Shown piece after piece: positions 40,927-54,300 of a DNA stretch of 64,000 nucleotides (positions are counted from its first letter, which is position 1; every line of letters begins with the position of its first letter). Both the position numbers and the translations under genes were made by a program. Under the pieces are notes generated by a model. It was not told where the DNA came from. It saw only the letters and a list, made by a program, of their open reading frames with translations, and searched no databases. Origin of the DNA: Octopus vulgaris (taxonomy: Eukaryota); NCBI GenBank assembly GCA_951406725.2, contig OX597823.1, positions 63,364,001-63,428,000 on the forward strand, written 5' to 3'.

Positions 40927-41460
40927 GAGTGAGCGAGCAGAGCATGCCATCAAAGTGACACTGGGGTAAAATATACGAAGCCCAGTATACCCATCATGAC
41001 TACCCGTCTGATAAGGGTACACCAGGCACATGCATCACAACCATATGTGCGCGACATGGTGATCTCATATCAAGATAAACAGCACATGACCTTGCAGGTG
41101 GAGCCCAGTTAGAATTTTCTTCAGATTGAGTAACCCATCCCGCTCAAAAGGTCCCTGAATAAGGGTTGTTTAAGGACGTTGAACGAAACACCCATGTTTC
41201 CAGAGGTGAATTATTCAAACCCCAAAGAATCCTTCTCAACACATGGCTATGATGCTCCCCCACTACTTCTGCTCGTGATCAGAGATGCACATATCGTCAG
41301 CCACTAAGGGACATGCTCAACTGGTTAAGCTCAAACAACTGACAAGCAAATCTGTGGTATTGAGCAGAATATTTGCTGTAGCCCATCTTTTATACCAAGA
41401 CAAAACAATGTACATGATAACACTTCCAATCAGTTAAGATCAGAAGCCATGAGAGCCACA
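40927..41460 (-). mobile_element. About 534-bp non-coding insert between two (TAA)n arrays
   Basis: Sharp boundaries with (TAT)n on both sides; no ORF, no tRNA boxes seen; strand assumed from an (AAT)n tail. Confidence 0.55.
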
Positions 41461-41520
41461 TTATTATCATTATTATTATTATTACTATTATTATTATTAT
41501 TATTATAATTTTTATTACTA

Positions 41521-41607
<87 letters not shown>

Positions 41608-41978
41608 GTGTGGGCGTGCATGTATGTGTGCATCTGCGCACGCGCTCGAACACTCGCGCGCCTACGCATTGACAGCGGAGAGTCGATCCACTTATTTAAT
41701 CACTTGCCAGATAATATGCTACCCAGTTACACGATTTATTCGACAGTATTTATTTAATACACCAGTTAGCTCTATTAAGGGTGTGAGAGAGAAAGCGCTC
41801 AATTATCTCATTGGGTAAGCTAGTGTGGTGGTGTTCATTTATATCCAAGCATTGTGCCGCAGTGTAATGGTCATACAAGTTATTGGTAATTCATTGACGA
41901 AGAAAACACACACATACACTCCTGCCCTCCCACCCACACACAAAGTATCAGACTTAAAAAAAATAAGTATACATGAAT

Positions 41979-42069
<91 letters not shown>

Positions 42070-42073
<4 letters not shown>

Positions 42074-42255
42074 TCACAATGATAGATGCCTAGCCACTAC
42101 ACATTCTTTATTTTCTCTCCTTGTTCCTTTCTGTGGAAGAGCGTAGGCTCGAAACGTTAAAGACTTTTTCACTTCCCGAGCGTTATACTAATATTTCTGT
42201 TTGTTATCTGCACCACCTGTCTTCGTCACCTGTTTTTTTTGTGAATTCTTCTGTA
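42070..42255 (+). mobile_element. Short pLTR-like element with A6U hammerhead at 42127..42162, inside (TA)n
   Basis: CUUU-CUGUGGA-A-GAGC(GUAG)GCUC-GAA-ACGU-U-AAAG. Confidence 0.78.
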
Positions 42256-42284
42256 TATATATATATATATATATATATTAAATG

Positions 42285-42885
42285 ATTCTAAGACCCTCTA
42301 ATGAGGGCTTAACCCCCATATTTTAGTCATTTTTTCATGGACCAAATTTACTGAATGGATCCATAGAATATTTGTAACTTAGATACAATGCATAAGGACA
42401 GGTATAACGCAGTATGGCTGGTTTGAATTTGAGGGGGCTTAAAGGGGGCATAACCCCCCTCCCCTCAAGAAAATTCATAAATTTCCGATGTTGAGGAAGT
42501 TTCAACCATAGGTAATTAACACAAATCAAGAACCATTCACAAAGTTTCCGCATCTCATGAGGATTCGAAAACACCCTAATGGGGGTCTCAATTCCCAATT
42601 TTTAAAAAATTTTTATGATCCTAAACAAGGTCAAAAGTACTGAATGGATCTTTATGAAATTTGGAAATTCTATTCTATGCATAAGGGCGGATGTAATGCA
42701 GTGTATGTTTGAAAGTGAGGGGGCATAAATGAGGCCATAACCCCCGTAAAAATCCATATAATTTTGCTGTCGATGACATTTTAACCATAGATATTAGACA
42801 CAAATGAAGTAATATTCCTAAAATTTCAACTTTTTAGGAGGTTAGTAAGACCCCTTAATAGGGGATTAACCCCCACAGTTTAATC
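42285..42885. repeat. Diverged tandem repeat, about 280-bp unit, just over 2 copies, possibly Helentron-type internal repeats
   Basis: taagaccc..taat..ggg..ttaaccccca, actgaatggatc, atgcataagg and aaccatag recur. Confidence 0.7.
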
Positions 42886-42949
42886 CTTTTCCCTAAGCCA
42901 TGACGAATACAACTGTCGCCTTAGAAGCTGTAGAGTCACCTGAGGATAT

Positions 42950-43312
42950 AAGATGAACGTTATTTGTAATTCAATGGTACAACAGTGTAAGAGTTGCTTT
43001 GAGATGTACTTAGATTGTGATTTCTGGAATGTGGTGCATAAATTGTCAAGTGACGGAGGAACATCTTTGCCTCTACTGATTCAGTTGCAAAGTGTTCTTT
43101 TGAGTAAAGTTATTTGGTTGCAGACCTCGTTTAAGTCTTTTTATTATCACTGGGTCAGAGATAATCCCCCGATAGTAACACTGATTTTAAGGTCTTTCCA
43201 GATAAGTGATTTGTCATTCAAAGAGATTTACAGAAGTATTCAATCAAAAGTATCTAACACTTTTAATCCAATCTCTTGTCGCCACAAACTCAATTTTTTG
43301 GTGGGTAGGTAA
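42950..43312 (+). mobile_element. Degraded PLE GIY-YIG C-terminus
   Basis: NVVHK..LSKVIWL..YHW..DLSFKE..ISCRHKLNFL* resembles the PLE LSxxIW..W..LCxxE..CRH pattern. Confidence 0.55.
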
Positions 43313-43369
43313 CCTAATTTTTTAATGGAATTTTTTAATGGGTGTGAGATAATAAAAAAGTACAAATAT

Positions 43370-43570
43370 ATGTGTACCGTTGGCGATTTTTTTTCCCTCT
43401 GTCTTCCCTTCTCTGAATCTTTCCTTCTCCTATGTTTCCGACGAAGAGCTCCGCTCGAAACGTTAAACCCTCCTTCTTCTCCTCTTTTCTGAGCGTCCAA
43501 TAATACTATATTTGTTCCACGTCCTCGCGTTGTTGTGTTTTTTTGTGTTTTCTTGTTTGGATTAACTTTA
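43370..43570 (+). mobile_element. Short pLTR-like element with U4C hammerhead at 43434..43468
   Basis: Same family as 33537..33740; ends in (TA)n. Confidence 0.8.
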
Positions 43571-43591
43571 TATATATATATATATATATAT

Positions 43592-44115
43592 TTTGCTTGT
43601 TTCAGCTCAGAGCTGCGGCCATGCTGATGCACCGCCGTTTTGTGCTACACTGTTATTACGAAGAACCTCCTCTAATATGTGGCACTTGGTGAAGAATGGA
43701 GTTTGACATAGTTACTCTCATTTGCACCTCTTGCCGTGAGGTAGGTTCATCTGAGACTCTCGACAGGAAGATGTCCAGCTTTGATTTAAAAACTGCTACA
43801 TCTACTTTGTGCAAGTTCCTCAGACTCTTTGGGAGAATATTAAAAAGCTGTGGGCCCTTGAAACCCAGGCTGTTGCAGAAGCTGGTCCTGAAGCGTGATG
43901 GCATTGCTGTGATCTTTAGCTGGGTTCTAGCATTGGTGTAGCTTACAATGCCAAAATTCCTTCCAGGATCTTCCAGACATATATTACTGCATACCTCTCC
44001 CGTCTTCTCTCAAGGGAGTAGAGTCTTAGCTGTTTCAACCTTTCCCAGTAGCTGAGCTGTTCCAAAGAGACGATCTTCTTTGTGAATCTTCTCTGGATTG
44101 CTTCAAGGTCCGCTG

Positions 44116-44120
<5 letters not shown>
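43592..44120 (-). mobile_element. CR1/L2-group LINE 3' end
   Basis: LEAIQRRFTKK..YSLERRRERY..GPQLFNILPK; shared tail at 43595..43637. Confidence 0.92.
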
Positions 44121-44158
<38 letters not shown>

Positions 44159-44666
44159 AAATATATATATACACCAAATATATATATATATATATACTAA
44201 ATATATATATATACCATATATATATATATATATATATTTATAAGTATAAACATATATATATAGTGGGGAGGTGTATTTGTCCTCCCACCACCGCTTGACA
44301 ACCGGTGTTGGATTGTTTACGTTCCTGTATACTAGCGGGTTGGTAACATAGATGAATAGAACAAATTCGGGGGTTTTGAAATAAAATTTAAAAAATGTAC
44401 TGATGTCCGTTTGTTTGATAATTTGTTTTAGTATCTGGGACCGCATTTACTAGGCGTGATATGCTCATGACACCAAAGATAGATAATTAATGGTAGTTAC
44501 TTAGACATCACAGTAACCGAAGACGATCTGAAATGATAATCTGTATTGATAAAAGAAAAGTGGATATGAAAACAAGCCACTGGATTTAATATACGTCAAC
44601 ACAGACACACACACACGCACACACACACATACACACACACACACACACACTTACATACATACGTAC

Positions 44667-44701
<35 letters not shown>

Positions 44702-44909
44702 CATATATACACACATACATTTAAAGATATTAATACATTGCATGTACCACGTCTTTGCGTTCTTTTTTCTTGTCTTTTTTCATTTTTTTTTATTAATTAT
44801 ATACATGTATTTCGGGAAGGTCGTTTTTTTTATTGCTAAATAAACACATGCACTAGTGCAAGTCTATAGTGTGTGTGTATGTACACATATATATTTTTAT
44901 ATATGTATG

Positions 44910-44961
<52 letters not shown>

Positions 44962-44974
44962 TGTATGTATATAC

Positions 44975-45005
<31 letters not shown>

Positions 45006-45011
45006 CATATC

Positions 45012-45260
45012 TTGGGTTGGTGCATAATTATTGCGGCTTTTTTTCAACAACTTTTATTCAACAAAAACAATAACATTTAAACAAAAACATCTTTAAATGA
45101 TTATTCAGGAGCATATTCACCACCCACTTCAATTAATGCTTCCCATTTGCTTGGCAGGTGGTCAGACGGTCATTTAAAGATGTTTTTGTTAAACATTGTT
45201 ATTGTTTTTGTTGAATAAAATTTGTTGAAGAAAAGCCGCAATGATTATGCACCGACCGAA
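45012..45260. mobile_element. mariner-derived foldback MITE with about 90-bp arms
   Basis: Ends ttgggttggtgcataattattgcgg resemble the Hsmar1/MADE1-type TIR; centre encodes LPSKWEALIEVGGEY on the - strand. Confidence 0.85.
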
Positions 45261-45288
45261 TATGTGTGTATGTGTGTGTATACCAATA

Positions 45289-45370
<82 letters not shown>

Positions 45371-45377
45371 CACACAT

Positions 45378-45413
<36 letters not shown>

Positions 45414-45519
45414 ACATACAAATGTATACACACACACACACACACATATATATACACATGTACAAGTACACACATGCATATATACATAAGGATATATATA
45501 GGTATGTGTGTCTGTATTC

Positions 45520-45680
45520 AAAACTGGAATCAAACTCCTCCTGTCAAGAGTTCTGGATGGTCACATTTGGCGACAGGAAACACAGACCAGGTTTCAAGTA
45601 GCGAAAGTGTAGCAAAGCTAATGGCAGTGCCCCCAATAGGGCTGCAACACTCGAGCTGAGACTGATAAAAGAAAAATAAT
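45520..45680 (+). mobile_element. Old CR1/L2-group 3' end
   Basis: LLSRVLD..RQETQTR resembles FLSGVPD..RQEGQMR; ggcagtgcccc..gctgagac tail. Confidence 0.6.
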
Positions 45681-45935
45681 ATATATATACATACTCACAT
45701 ATAATTATGATTCTGCATGTATAAATATGCGAGTGTGTAGGGTGATGTAGAGAGTGTGTATATGTGTGTGTGTATGTGTGTGTGTGCATGTGCCTGTGTG
45801 TGTTTATTAATGCAGTGTTATAATACAGTGTAACAGGTCATTGCCCTTGCTCATTCTCTGGGATTAAAAACAAATACATTTGCAGCTAACAAAATATATG
45901 ATATATGTACATGGACACATACACATTGATACTCT

Positions 45936-45989
<54 letters not shown>

Positions 45990-46077
45990 CTCACTCACTC
46001 ACTCACTCACTCACTCACTCACTCACACACACACATACACACACACGTATGTGCATATAACAGTATATAGATATATA

Positions 46078-46490
46078 CAGAGTGCGATGGGTATATTGTC
46101 GCCATTTCATATTTTAAATTTCGCGTGTGCGCATTGTTTGTTTTTGATTTTGTTGGTTACACAGTATAGTAGGGTCAGTTGGGCACCGCCTGTGTGAAAA
46201 ACAGCACCATGACGCAATTCACTCTGCGAGAAATTTGGAAACGATAAGCTGTACTGTTTGGCTTTCGAGCCGGAAGCTCCAATACGAACATTTCAGAGTG
46301 TTTGGGTGTCAATCTGATGACATGTACCGAGAGTGATAAAAATCAAACATCTAATCAACATCATGGCGTTTGGAGTGATCACTAGTAATGGCGAGGCAAC
46401 ACCTCCATTCATCTTCCCACTCGGCTTCAGTCTACACATAGAGGCCTAGATCAAGTGCCTGGAGTAGGTAGTCTGCATTGGATCAAGAGG
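46078..46490 (+). mobile_element. DD37D-type transposon left end plus deleted transposase
   Basis: TA|CAGAGTGCG end; IMAFGVITSNGEATPPFIFP is similar to 11750..11810. Confidence 0.7.
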
Positions 46491-46500
46491 ATATAGAAGT

Positions 46501-46865
46501 GGAGGCGTAATGGCCCAGTGGTTAGGGCAGCGGACTCGTGGTTGTAGGATCGCGGTTTCGATTCCCAGACCGGGCGTTGTGAGTGTTTATTGAGCGAAAA
46601 CACCTGAAGCTCCACGAGGCTCCGGCAGGGACAGGCAGCAAGCTGACAGAAACGTTAGCACGCCGGGCGAAATGCTTAGTGGTATTTCGTCTGCCGTTAC
46701 GTTCTAAGTTCAAATTCCACCGAGGTCGATTTTGCCTTTCATCCTTTCGGGGTCGATAAATTAAGTACCAGTTACCCACTGGGGTCGATGTAATCAACTT
46801 AATCCCTTTGTCTGTCCTTGTTTGTCCCCTCTATGTTTAGCCCAGTTGTGGGCAATAAATAAATA
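46501..46865 (+). mobile_element. tRNA-SINE head (46501..46630) followed by a SINE family A copy
   Basis: A box TGGCCCAGTGG, B box GGTTTCGATTCCC; then family A consensus. Confidence 0.85.
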
Positions 46866-47488
46866 AGAGGATATAGAACTAAACTCGGCTTGAGCAAATA
46901 TCGAATGATATAAAAGTATATAAAAAGGATATCCTTTAATACATCGCAACTCATTAGCGCTCTTAAGGAGCAATAAGAATATAGGTAAGAAAGGAGAACA
47001 AACTTCAATGGTTAGGTCCGTTTCTCAAATTAAATCACTTCGTATCAAAGGCATATTCATATACAGTATCAATTAAAGTACAAATATACAAATCATGAAT
47101 ACATAAATACACCATGAATACATATAATGATGAATACATATAATACATAAATGTACCTGTATTAAGACTTTTACGAATCGATGACGAAATTAGACGGTAG
47201 GAATCCAAGGAGCAGTGGTATACGATGAATTAGGATGGATCTTTATTGAGTATATATTCTTACGATCGTTTCGAAACTTGTGGTTTGGAATAGGCGACTT
47301 TTCCACCCATAACAATTGACCATATTTCTCTCGTTAGAAGTACATTAAAGATTTAAAAGAATTCAAAATATATAATTTCGAACATAAAAGCGTTCTAAGA
47401 TGATATTAACATTTTAAAAAAATATTTCTAAAATTACTGATGTTGAATCCAGTAATGAACCTATAATGACTACTGGAAACAGCTGTAA

Positions 47489-47552
<64 letters not shown>

Positions 47553-47553
<1 letters not shown>

Positions 47554-48741
47554 TAGCATTAAAGACCCGTCGTTGCCGGGTCATAGTGCTAGTGTATGTA
47601 TATATATATGTATATATATGTGTACATATTACATGTACATCTATATATATACATCTACACATAAAATACAAAATACAAAGTTATATCTTGATATCGCTAG
47701 TGATAACAATACTCAAATTATATATAAGACTGGAATTGTTAGACCGTCTATTTTAATTTCGATCAATTGGATCTTGTCCTCCCTCTTGTATAGAAGTTTG
47801 GCTACAATCCAGCCTACCTCTACTTCTGGGGTGGGGGGGGCATTTAAATCGTTTTCCCGGGACGTCCTACGTCCCACATATAAAGGTAAAAATAAAATAT
47901 TTCCACTTTGCAAGTTCGAGTCGAGTACTCCCTTGCACGCTTCGTTGACTCGAACCTTGCTTCTATTGTGGCGAATTTACCGCCTCTGATTAGATACCTT
48001 TCATAGTCGCACCAAGACACTTTTCGAAGGTGCTTTCCTCCATGTGTTCAAATCTTTTTCTCTACATTGTATACTTTATAGACAATAGTCTTTTCTTTAA
48101 TTTAATTTTTTATTATCCATCTGGACTATTCCATTTCTACACGCTAATTTTATTTTTAATTTATTCCCATTCATGTGAAACCACTTATTCAAGTTCAAGT
48201 CATTGATGCAATTTTATACCAATTGCTATTTTTACTTTTTTTTATGTTACGATTATATTATACTTTAGTTTGATTTTAATTATTACTACATATAATTCAA
48301 TTGTTAATATTATTTTTATTGTTAAAGTGAAAGTATCTGACATAAAATAGAGAAATGTTTTTCTTTCACTTTTAACACGTAATACTGAAATAGTGGAGAA
48401 GATATGATATTGCTATGGGCTCGCACTAGGCAAGAAGTTGAACATTCTTTTTGCCCATGAAACTACATGGACCCTAAGTAAGGCATGTGTAAAATTTGAA
48501 TGAAATTGGTTGTGTAGTTCTCAAGTTTTAGGGAATCGTAGTGGAGAAACTATGATATTGCTGTGGGCTTGCCCTAGACAAAAATTTAAAAGTTTTTTTG
48601 CCGATGACACTCCCCGGACCCTAAGTAAGGCATGTGTAAAATTTGAATGAAATTGGTTGTGTTGTTCTCAAGTTTTAGGGAAACAGACAGACAGACAGAC
48701 AGACAGACACACATTGTCAGTTTTATATATATATATAAAGA
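47553..48741 (-). mobile_element. Non-autonomous Helitron
   Basis: A|TC..CTAG|T termini, subterminal hairpin GACCCG/CGGGTC (47564..47582), (CTGT)n near the 5' end, about 148-bp internal tandem. Confidence 0.85.
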
Positions 48742-49113
48742 TATATATAAAAATGAATTCCTCGCTCTTTCGGAAACATCAATCTTCTGTATTGACCGCT
48801 TTCCACCACTTTGATCTGTTTTTTGTATTGAATACGTATCGCCACCGTGGGCCACTGCATCGAACACTTTGAACATATACTTCAAACTATATATCAACTA
48901 TACATGAACTATATATCAACTATACATGAACTCTAAGATGTCTGACTCCGTTGTGTATTATAAATGAATTTCTTGTGTTTGACGGCATGAGCTGTCTTTT
49001 TTTATATATAACTTTTTTTGATAAGGTTCATTTCAGGAACTGAAACATGTTATAATGTATATATAAAAATTAAAAATTGTATAATACAGCAGCATTTTCG
49101 AACTTCATTTTTT

Positions 49114-49182
<69 letters not shown>

Positions 49183-49232
49183 TATTTATATTATTGTATG
49201 ATTGAACGCCATACATCCATTTCCAAGTAAGT

Positions 49233-50136
<904 letters not shown>

Positions 50137-50359
50137 CTAATGTAGGATAAAATTTTTTTCGGTAAAAAAATTTCATCAATGGCCAGCATATTAAAAAATA
50201 CCTCTAAAGGTTAAATTTATAAATAATTTACAATATAAGGGCAAAAGGAAAATTCTAATACCAAATATGCCGAAAAAGACAAAAATTGTCAATTAACCAT
50301 TATAATTTATGCGTCTCGAAACAAACCGATAGAAATTTCTAAAAAATTCGTTATTACAG

Positions 50360-50412
50360 TAATGGACCAATTTCGGAGTTAATTCATAAGAATTTTCTCC
50401 TCTTCAGCGGCA
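50360..50412 (-). ncRNA. Hammerhead-like motif, canonical core, decayed stem I
   Basis: CUGAAGA-GGAG-AA-AAUUC(UUAU)GAAUU-AA-CUCC-GAA-AUUGGU-C. Confidence 0.6.
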
Positions 50413-51294
50413 AATACGCGAGATATAAGTGAAATACTTACTCATACCCATGGAAAAAGCAAACACCAAGTCCTGAGCAGACCTAAGTATCCCAAATATA
50501 TCCAAAATAGAAAATCTTCGGCACGTTTCGAGACACGTGTGATTCGAATTAGAAACTTTCACAGAGTGATAGAATCCGGAAGTGAACACTATTCAAATTT
50601 ATAACTAATGTAGGAAAAAAATTGTTTTTTCGGGAAAAAAATTTCGTCAATTTTAGAAATTTCTATCGGTTTGTTTCGAGACGCATAAATTATAATAGTT
50701 AATTGACAATTTTGTCTTTTTCGGCACATTTGGCATTAGAATTTTTCTTTTGCCTTATATTGTAAATTATATATATATATATATATAATAGTGAGGAATT
50801 ATAAATCCGAGCAAAAGTCTGGCACACCAGACTAACAATATTACCTAGATTAGTGAAGAACTGCGAGTAATCTTTTGGTAGGGTCCCGAGTTATAGTTCA
50901 TCACAATTCGGTATTGTAAATCCGTGGATGGGCTGCAGATAACTGGTTTTTACAGAGTGACATATAAGAAACAATTTATAAATAATTATCATTACATATA
51001 ATTCCTTTATTAAAGCATATTTGTAGTCATTATAGGCTCATTATTGATAGGTTTACTCAATTGGTCTAATGATCAATTATGGTAAATTGAACGCTACTAA
51101 GAAAATTAAAACTATTTTTGTCAGCACCATTGCTGGAAATCCAGTAATGTACCTCTAATGGCTACTGGAAACTGCTGTAAGCCAAATTTGGTCTAATAAA
51201 GGAATTATATATAGTGACCATTATTTTTAACTTGCTTATATATATATAAATCTGTGTGTGTGTGTGTGTGCGTGCGTGTGTAAATGTATATGCA

Positions 51295-51450
51295 TACACG
51301 ATGGGTTTCTTTCAGTTTCCATCTACCAATTCCACTCTAAAGGCTTTGGTCGGTCCGAGGCTATAGTGGAAGATAATTGCCTAAGGTGCCACGCGGTGGG
51401 ATTGAATTTTGGTCCATGTGATTGGGAAACAAGCTACTTACCGCATAGCT
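51295..51450 (-). mobile_element. SINE family B head half
   Basis: Match to 27280..27440. Confidence 0.75.
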
Positions 51451-52367
51451 ACGTCTGTATAACATATACTAAGAAGACTGGTGGTGGTACGCATTGGCAA
51501 AACTTGTAGTAATGGGGAAAAGCGACATAAAGTGTATAATGAAGTTGCCGGGGAAGTGGATATCATACGTTCCGGATAGACTCCTTCCTCAGGGTTAAGG
51601 TAACACGAAAGGTGAGCGTGGGGAGCAGAAGAGTTTTATATATCGTCATATTTGAAACTCACAGGAAATACCTTTAAGAAAAGATTCACACAACATTTTA
51701 TCCCTTTATTTTGTGAGAGATGTGGTTGCAATTTTTACCTGATATTTTAACCAAGTTGATAGTCACTCGTTAGCTCGTTAAGATGGAGGTTAAGTCTTGT
51801 GAGATATAATGTACTCTTACTGTACTCTTTAAATTTCTCGAATAACGAAGATTCCGTATTCTGAGAACCAAGTGTACATTCGCTGAGATTTAGACGGCAC
51901 TAATAAGAACAATATTAACAGAGAGGAATCAACGTAAAAGCCTTCAAATAGTCATTGGGTTTGTTAGAAATGGCAACACAATATCCCTCAAATCACAAGT
52001 CATTGTTTTCAAAATCTGGGGATTTTGAAATCTTTCGTCCCGGGTATAATGCTTTACGGTCTAAATCCAAACTTTGTCCTCCGGTCATCCGGGTCGACAA
52101 AATAAAGCACTGGTCAAATACTGAAGACCAGTCTGATATTCCTATAAAGCATCATATGTGGAAAATAAAACAGACGAGGGGAAAGCCGGTGAGAAAGAGA
52201 AAAAGAGAAAAGAGAAAACAAAGAAGAGGAAAAAGAAGAAGAGGAAGAGGAGGAGGAGGAAAGAGAAGGAGGAAGAGGGAGGAGGAGGCGGCGGCGGTGT
52301 TGATCTCGAATTCGATCATGTGTCAATCAAGAGCCAAGCTCATTAACAATAGCAGCGGCAAGGAATA

Positions 52368-52600
52368 TATTTCTTTATTGCCCACAAGGGGCTAAACATA
52401 GAGGGGACAAACAAAGACAGACAAATGGATTAAGTCAACTACATCGACCCCAGTGCACAACTGGTACTTTATTTATCGACCCCGAAAGGATGAAAGGCAA
52501 AGTCGACCTCGGCGGTGTTTGAACCCAGAACGTAACGACAGACGAAATACTGCTGAGAATTTCGCCCGGCGTGCTAACGATTCTGCCAGCTCGCCGCCTT
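52368..52600 (-). mobile_element. Full-length young SINE family A with 18-bp TSD
   Basis: tagcagcggcaaggaata at 52350..52367 and 52600..52617; tRNA-like boxes; Meta/Sauria-like gcctttcatcctttcggggtcgataaa segment. Confidence 0.92.
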
Positions 52601-53324
52601 AGCAGCGGCAAGGAATAGTCGGAAATTAGACTTCATGAAGGTTTCGCATATTTTTATTGCTCTGTATGCAGACTGAATGTAAATTAGGCATAGTAACTAC
52701 CTTTCTGTTTCAGTATCCAAATTGTCCAAGTTTCTGGTTAAAACATTTGCTAATTTAGTCAGTCACACAGGGTAATTAATTCTGGTAATTATAAGATGTA
52801 AGTTAAGGTACCAAAGTAATTATAGAGCGTAAATTGTTGTAATTAAACAAAGAAAAACGTGGCGATGATATAATTAGTAAATCAGTATTTAAACGCTGAA
52901 CTATAATTTCGGTGGATAATATTTGAAATTATGAATTAGATATCAAAGTGTATACTATATTAAAGATATTTCCTGCAACATAATTATGTTTAATCCGACA
53001 TTTCAAAATTGGTGTCGAATCAGTTAGTTACAGACAGTGCTAAGTGACCCGAATGGCGCAGTTCCAACGAAAGAAGATCTATGTCACAGTTTCTTCAAGT
53101 AGGTTCCGAGAAACTGTTTTTTCGTGAGACAATTCTGGGTCCCGCAGAATAAAATTTCATTTTATGAAAGAAAAAATTAAAGAAAATAAGAAAGAAATAG
53201 TATTTACTGTTTCAAAATAAAGTACGTCCATTTCTTGTCAAGCAAGAAGAAATATGTGAAAGCGACACATATGTCTAGGGAAACATTTTGACAAATCAAT
53301 CACTCAAGCAATCAATTGATTCAT

Positions 53325-53957
53325 AATCCTTTCTACTAGAAGCACAAAACCTGAAATTTGTGGAGAGTGGACTAGTCGATTACATCGATCCCCAGTGTTT
53401 CACTGGTACTTAATTATCGACTCCGAAAGGGTGAAAGGCAAAGTCGACCTCAACGGGGTTTGAACTCAGAACGTAGCGGGATACGAAATACCTATTTCTT
53501 TACTACCCACAAGGGGCTAAACACAGAGAGGACAAACAAGGACAGTCAAACGGATTAAGTCGATTACATCGACCTCAGTGGGTAACTGGTACTTAATTTA
53601 TCGACCCCGAAAGGATGAAAGGCAAAGTCGACCTTGGCGGAATTTGAACTCAGAACGTAACGGCAGACGAAATACGGCTAAGCATTTCGCCCGGCGTGCT
53701 AACGATTCTGCCAGCTTGTCGCCTTAATTAATTGATTAATTATGTTTTCAAATTTTGGCACAATTCTAGCAAATTCGGGGAGGGGATAAGTCGATTACTG
53801 CGACCTCCACCTCCCACTACTCAACTGGTACGTATTTTAACGGCTCCAGTAGGCAAGGACGACCTGGGCAGAATTTGAATTCAGAAAGTAAAGATGGACG
53901 AAATGCCGCTAAATATTTCCCCCGGATTGCTAACGATACTGCGAGCTCACTGCCATA
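53325..53957 (-). mobile_element. Cluster of three SINE family A copies
   Basis: Old body + young copy joined at gaaatacc|tatttc, then another old copy. Confidence 0.85.
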
Positions 53958-53984
53958 ACTAGTTGATTAATAATAAAAGTAAAC

Positions 53985-54300
53985 TGCAGGTAGTTAGTGC
54001 TTAGAGTATTTGGCTGACTATCGTAAAGTCGTGTTTGATTCCCGGCGGCGCGTTATGTCTTTGAACAAGACGCTTTATTTCATGTTGCTCCAGTCCACTC
54101 AGCTGCTAAAAATGTGCTGTACATGTTTTTCAAAGGGCCAGCCTAGTCATATTCTGAACCACACTGAATCTCCTGGAGAACTACGTGAAAGACACTCGTG
54201 TCTGTAAAGTGCTCAGCCATTTTCGCATTAATTTCACGAGCAGTCTGTTCTATTGATTGGATCAAGTGGAACCCTCGTTGTCGTTACCAACGAAGTGCCA
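53985..54300 (+). mobile_element. tRNA-derived SINE
   Basis: Homologous to 39455..39775. Confidence 0.75.

Noticed and set aside
46501-46575. tRNA gene-like A and B boxes
   Set aside because: No full cloverleaf; continues into a SINE body
47430-47492. Hairpin-GAAACAGCUGUA motif, repeated at 51130..51185
   Set aside because: The 3' half looks like a hammerhead but neither copy has CUGAnGA or stem I; not counted
50515-50560. GAAACGUG on - near a hairpin
   Set aside because: No core and no valid NUH site
51955-52395. 146-aa basic ORF
   Set aside because: Made of a SINE remnant plus a purine-rich low-complexity tract
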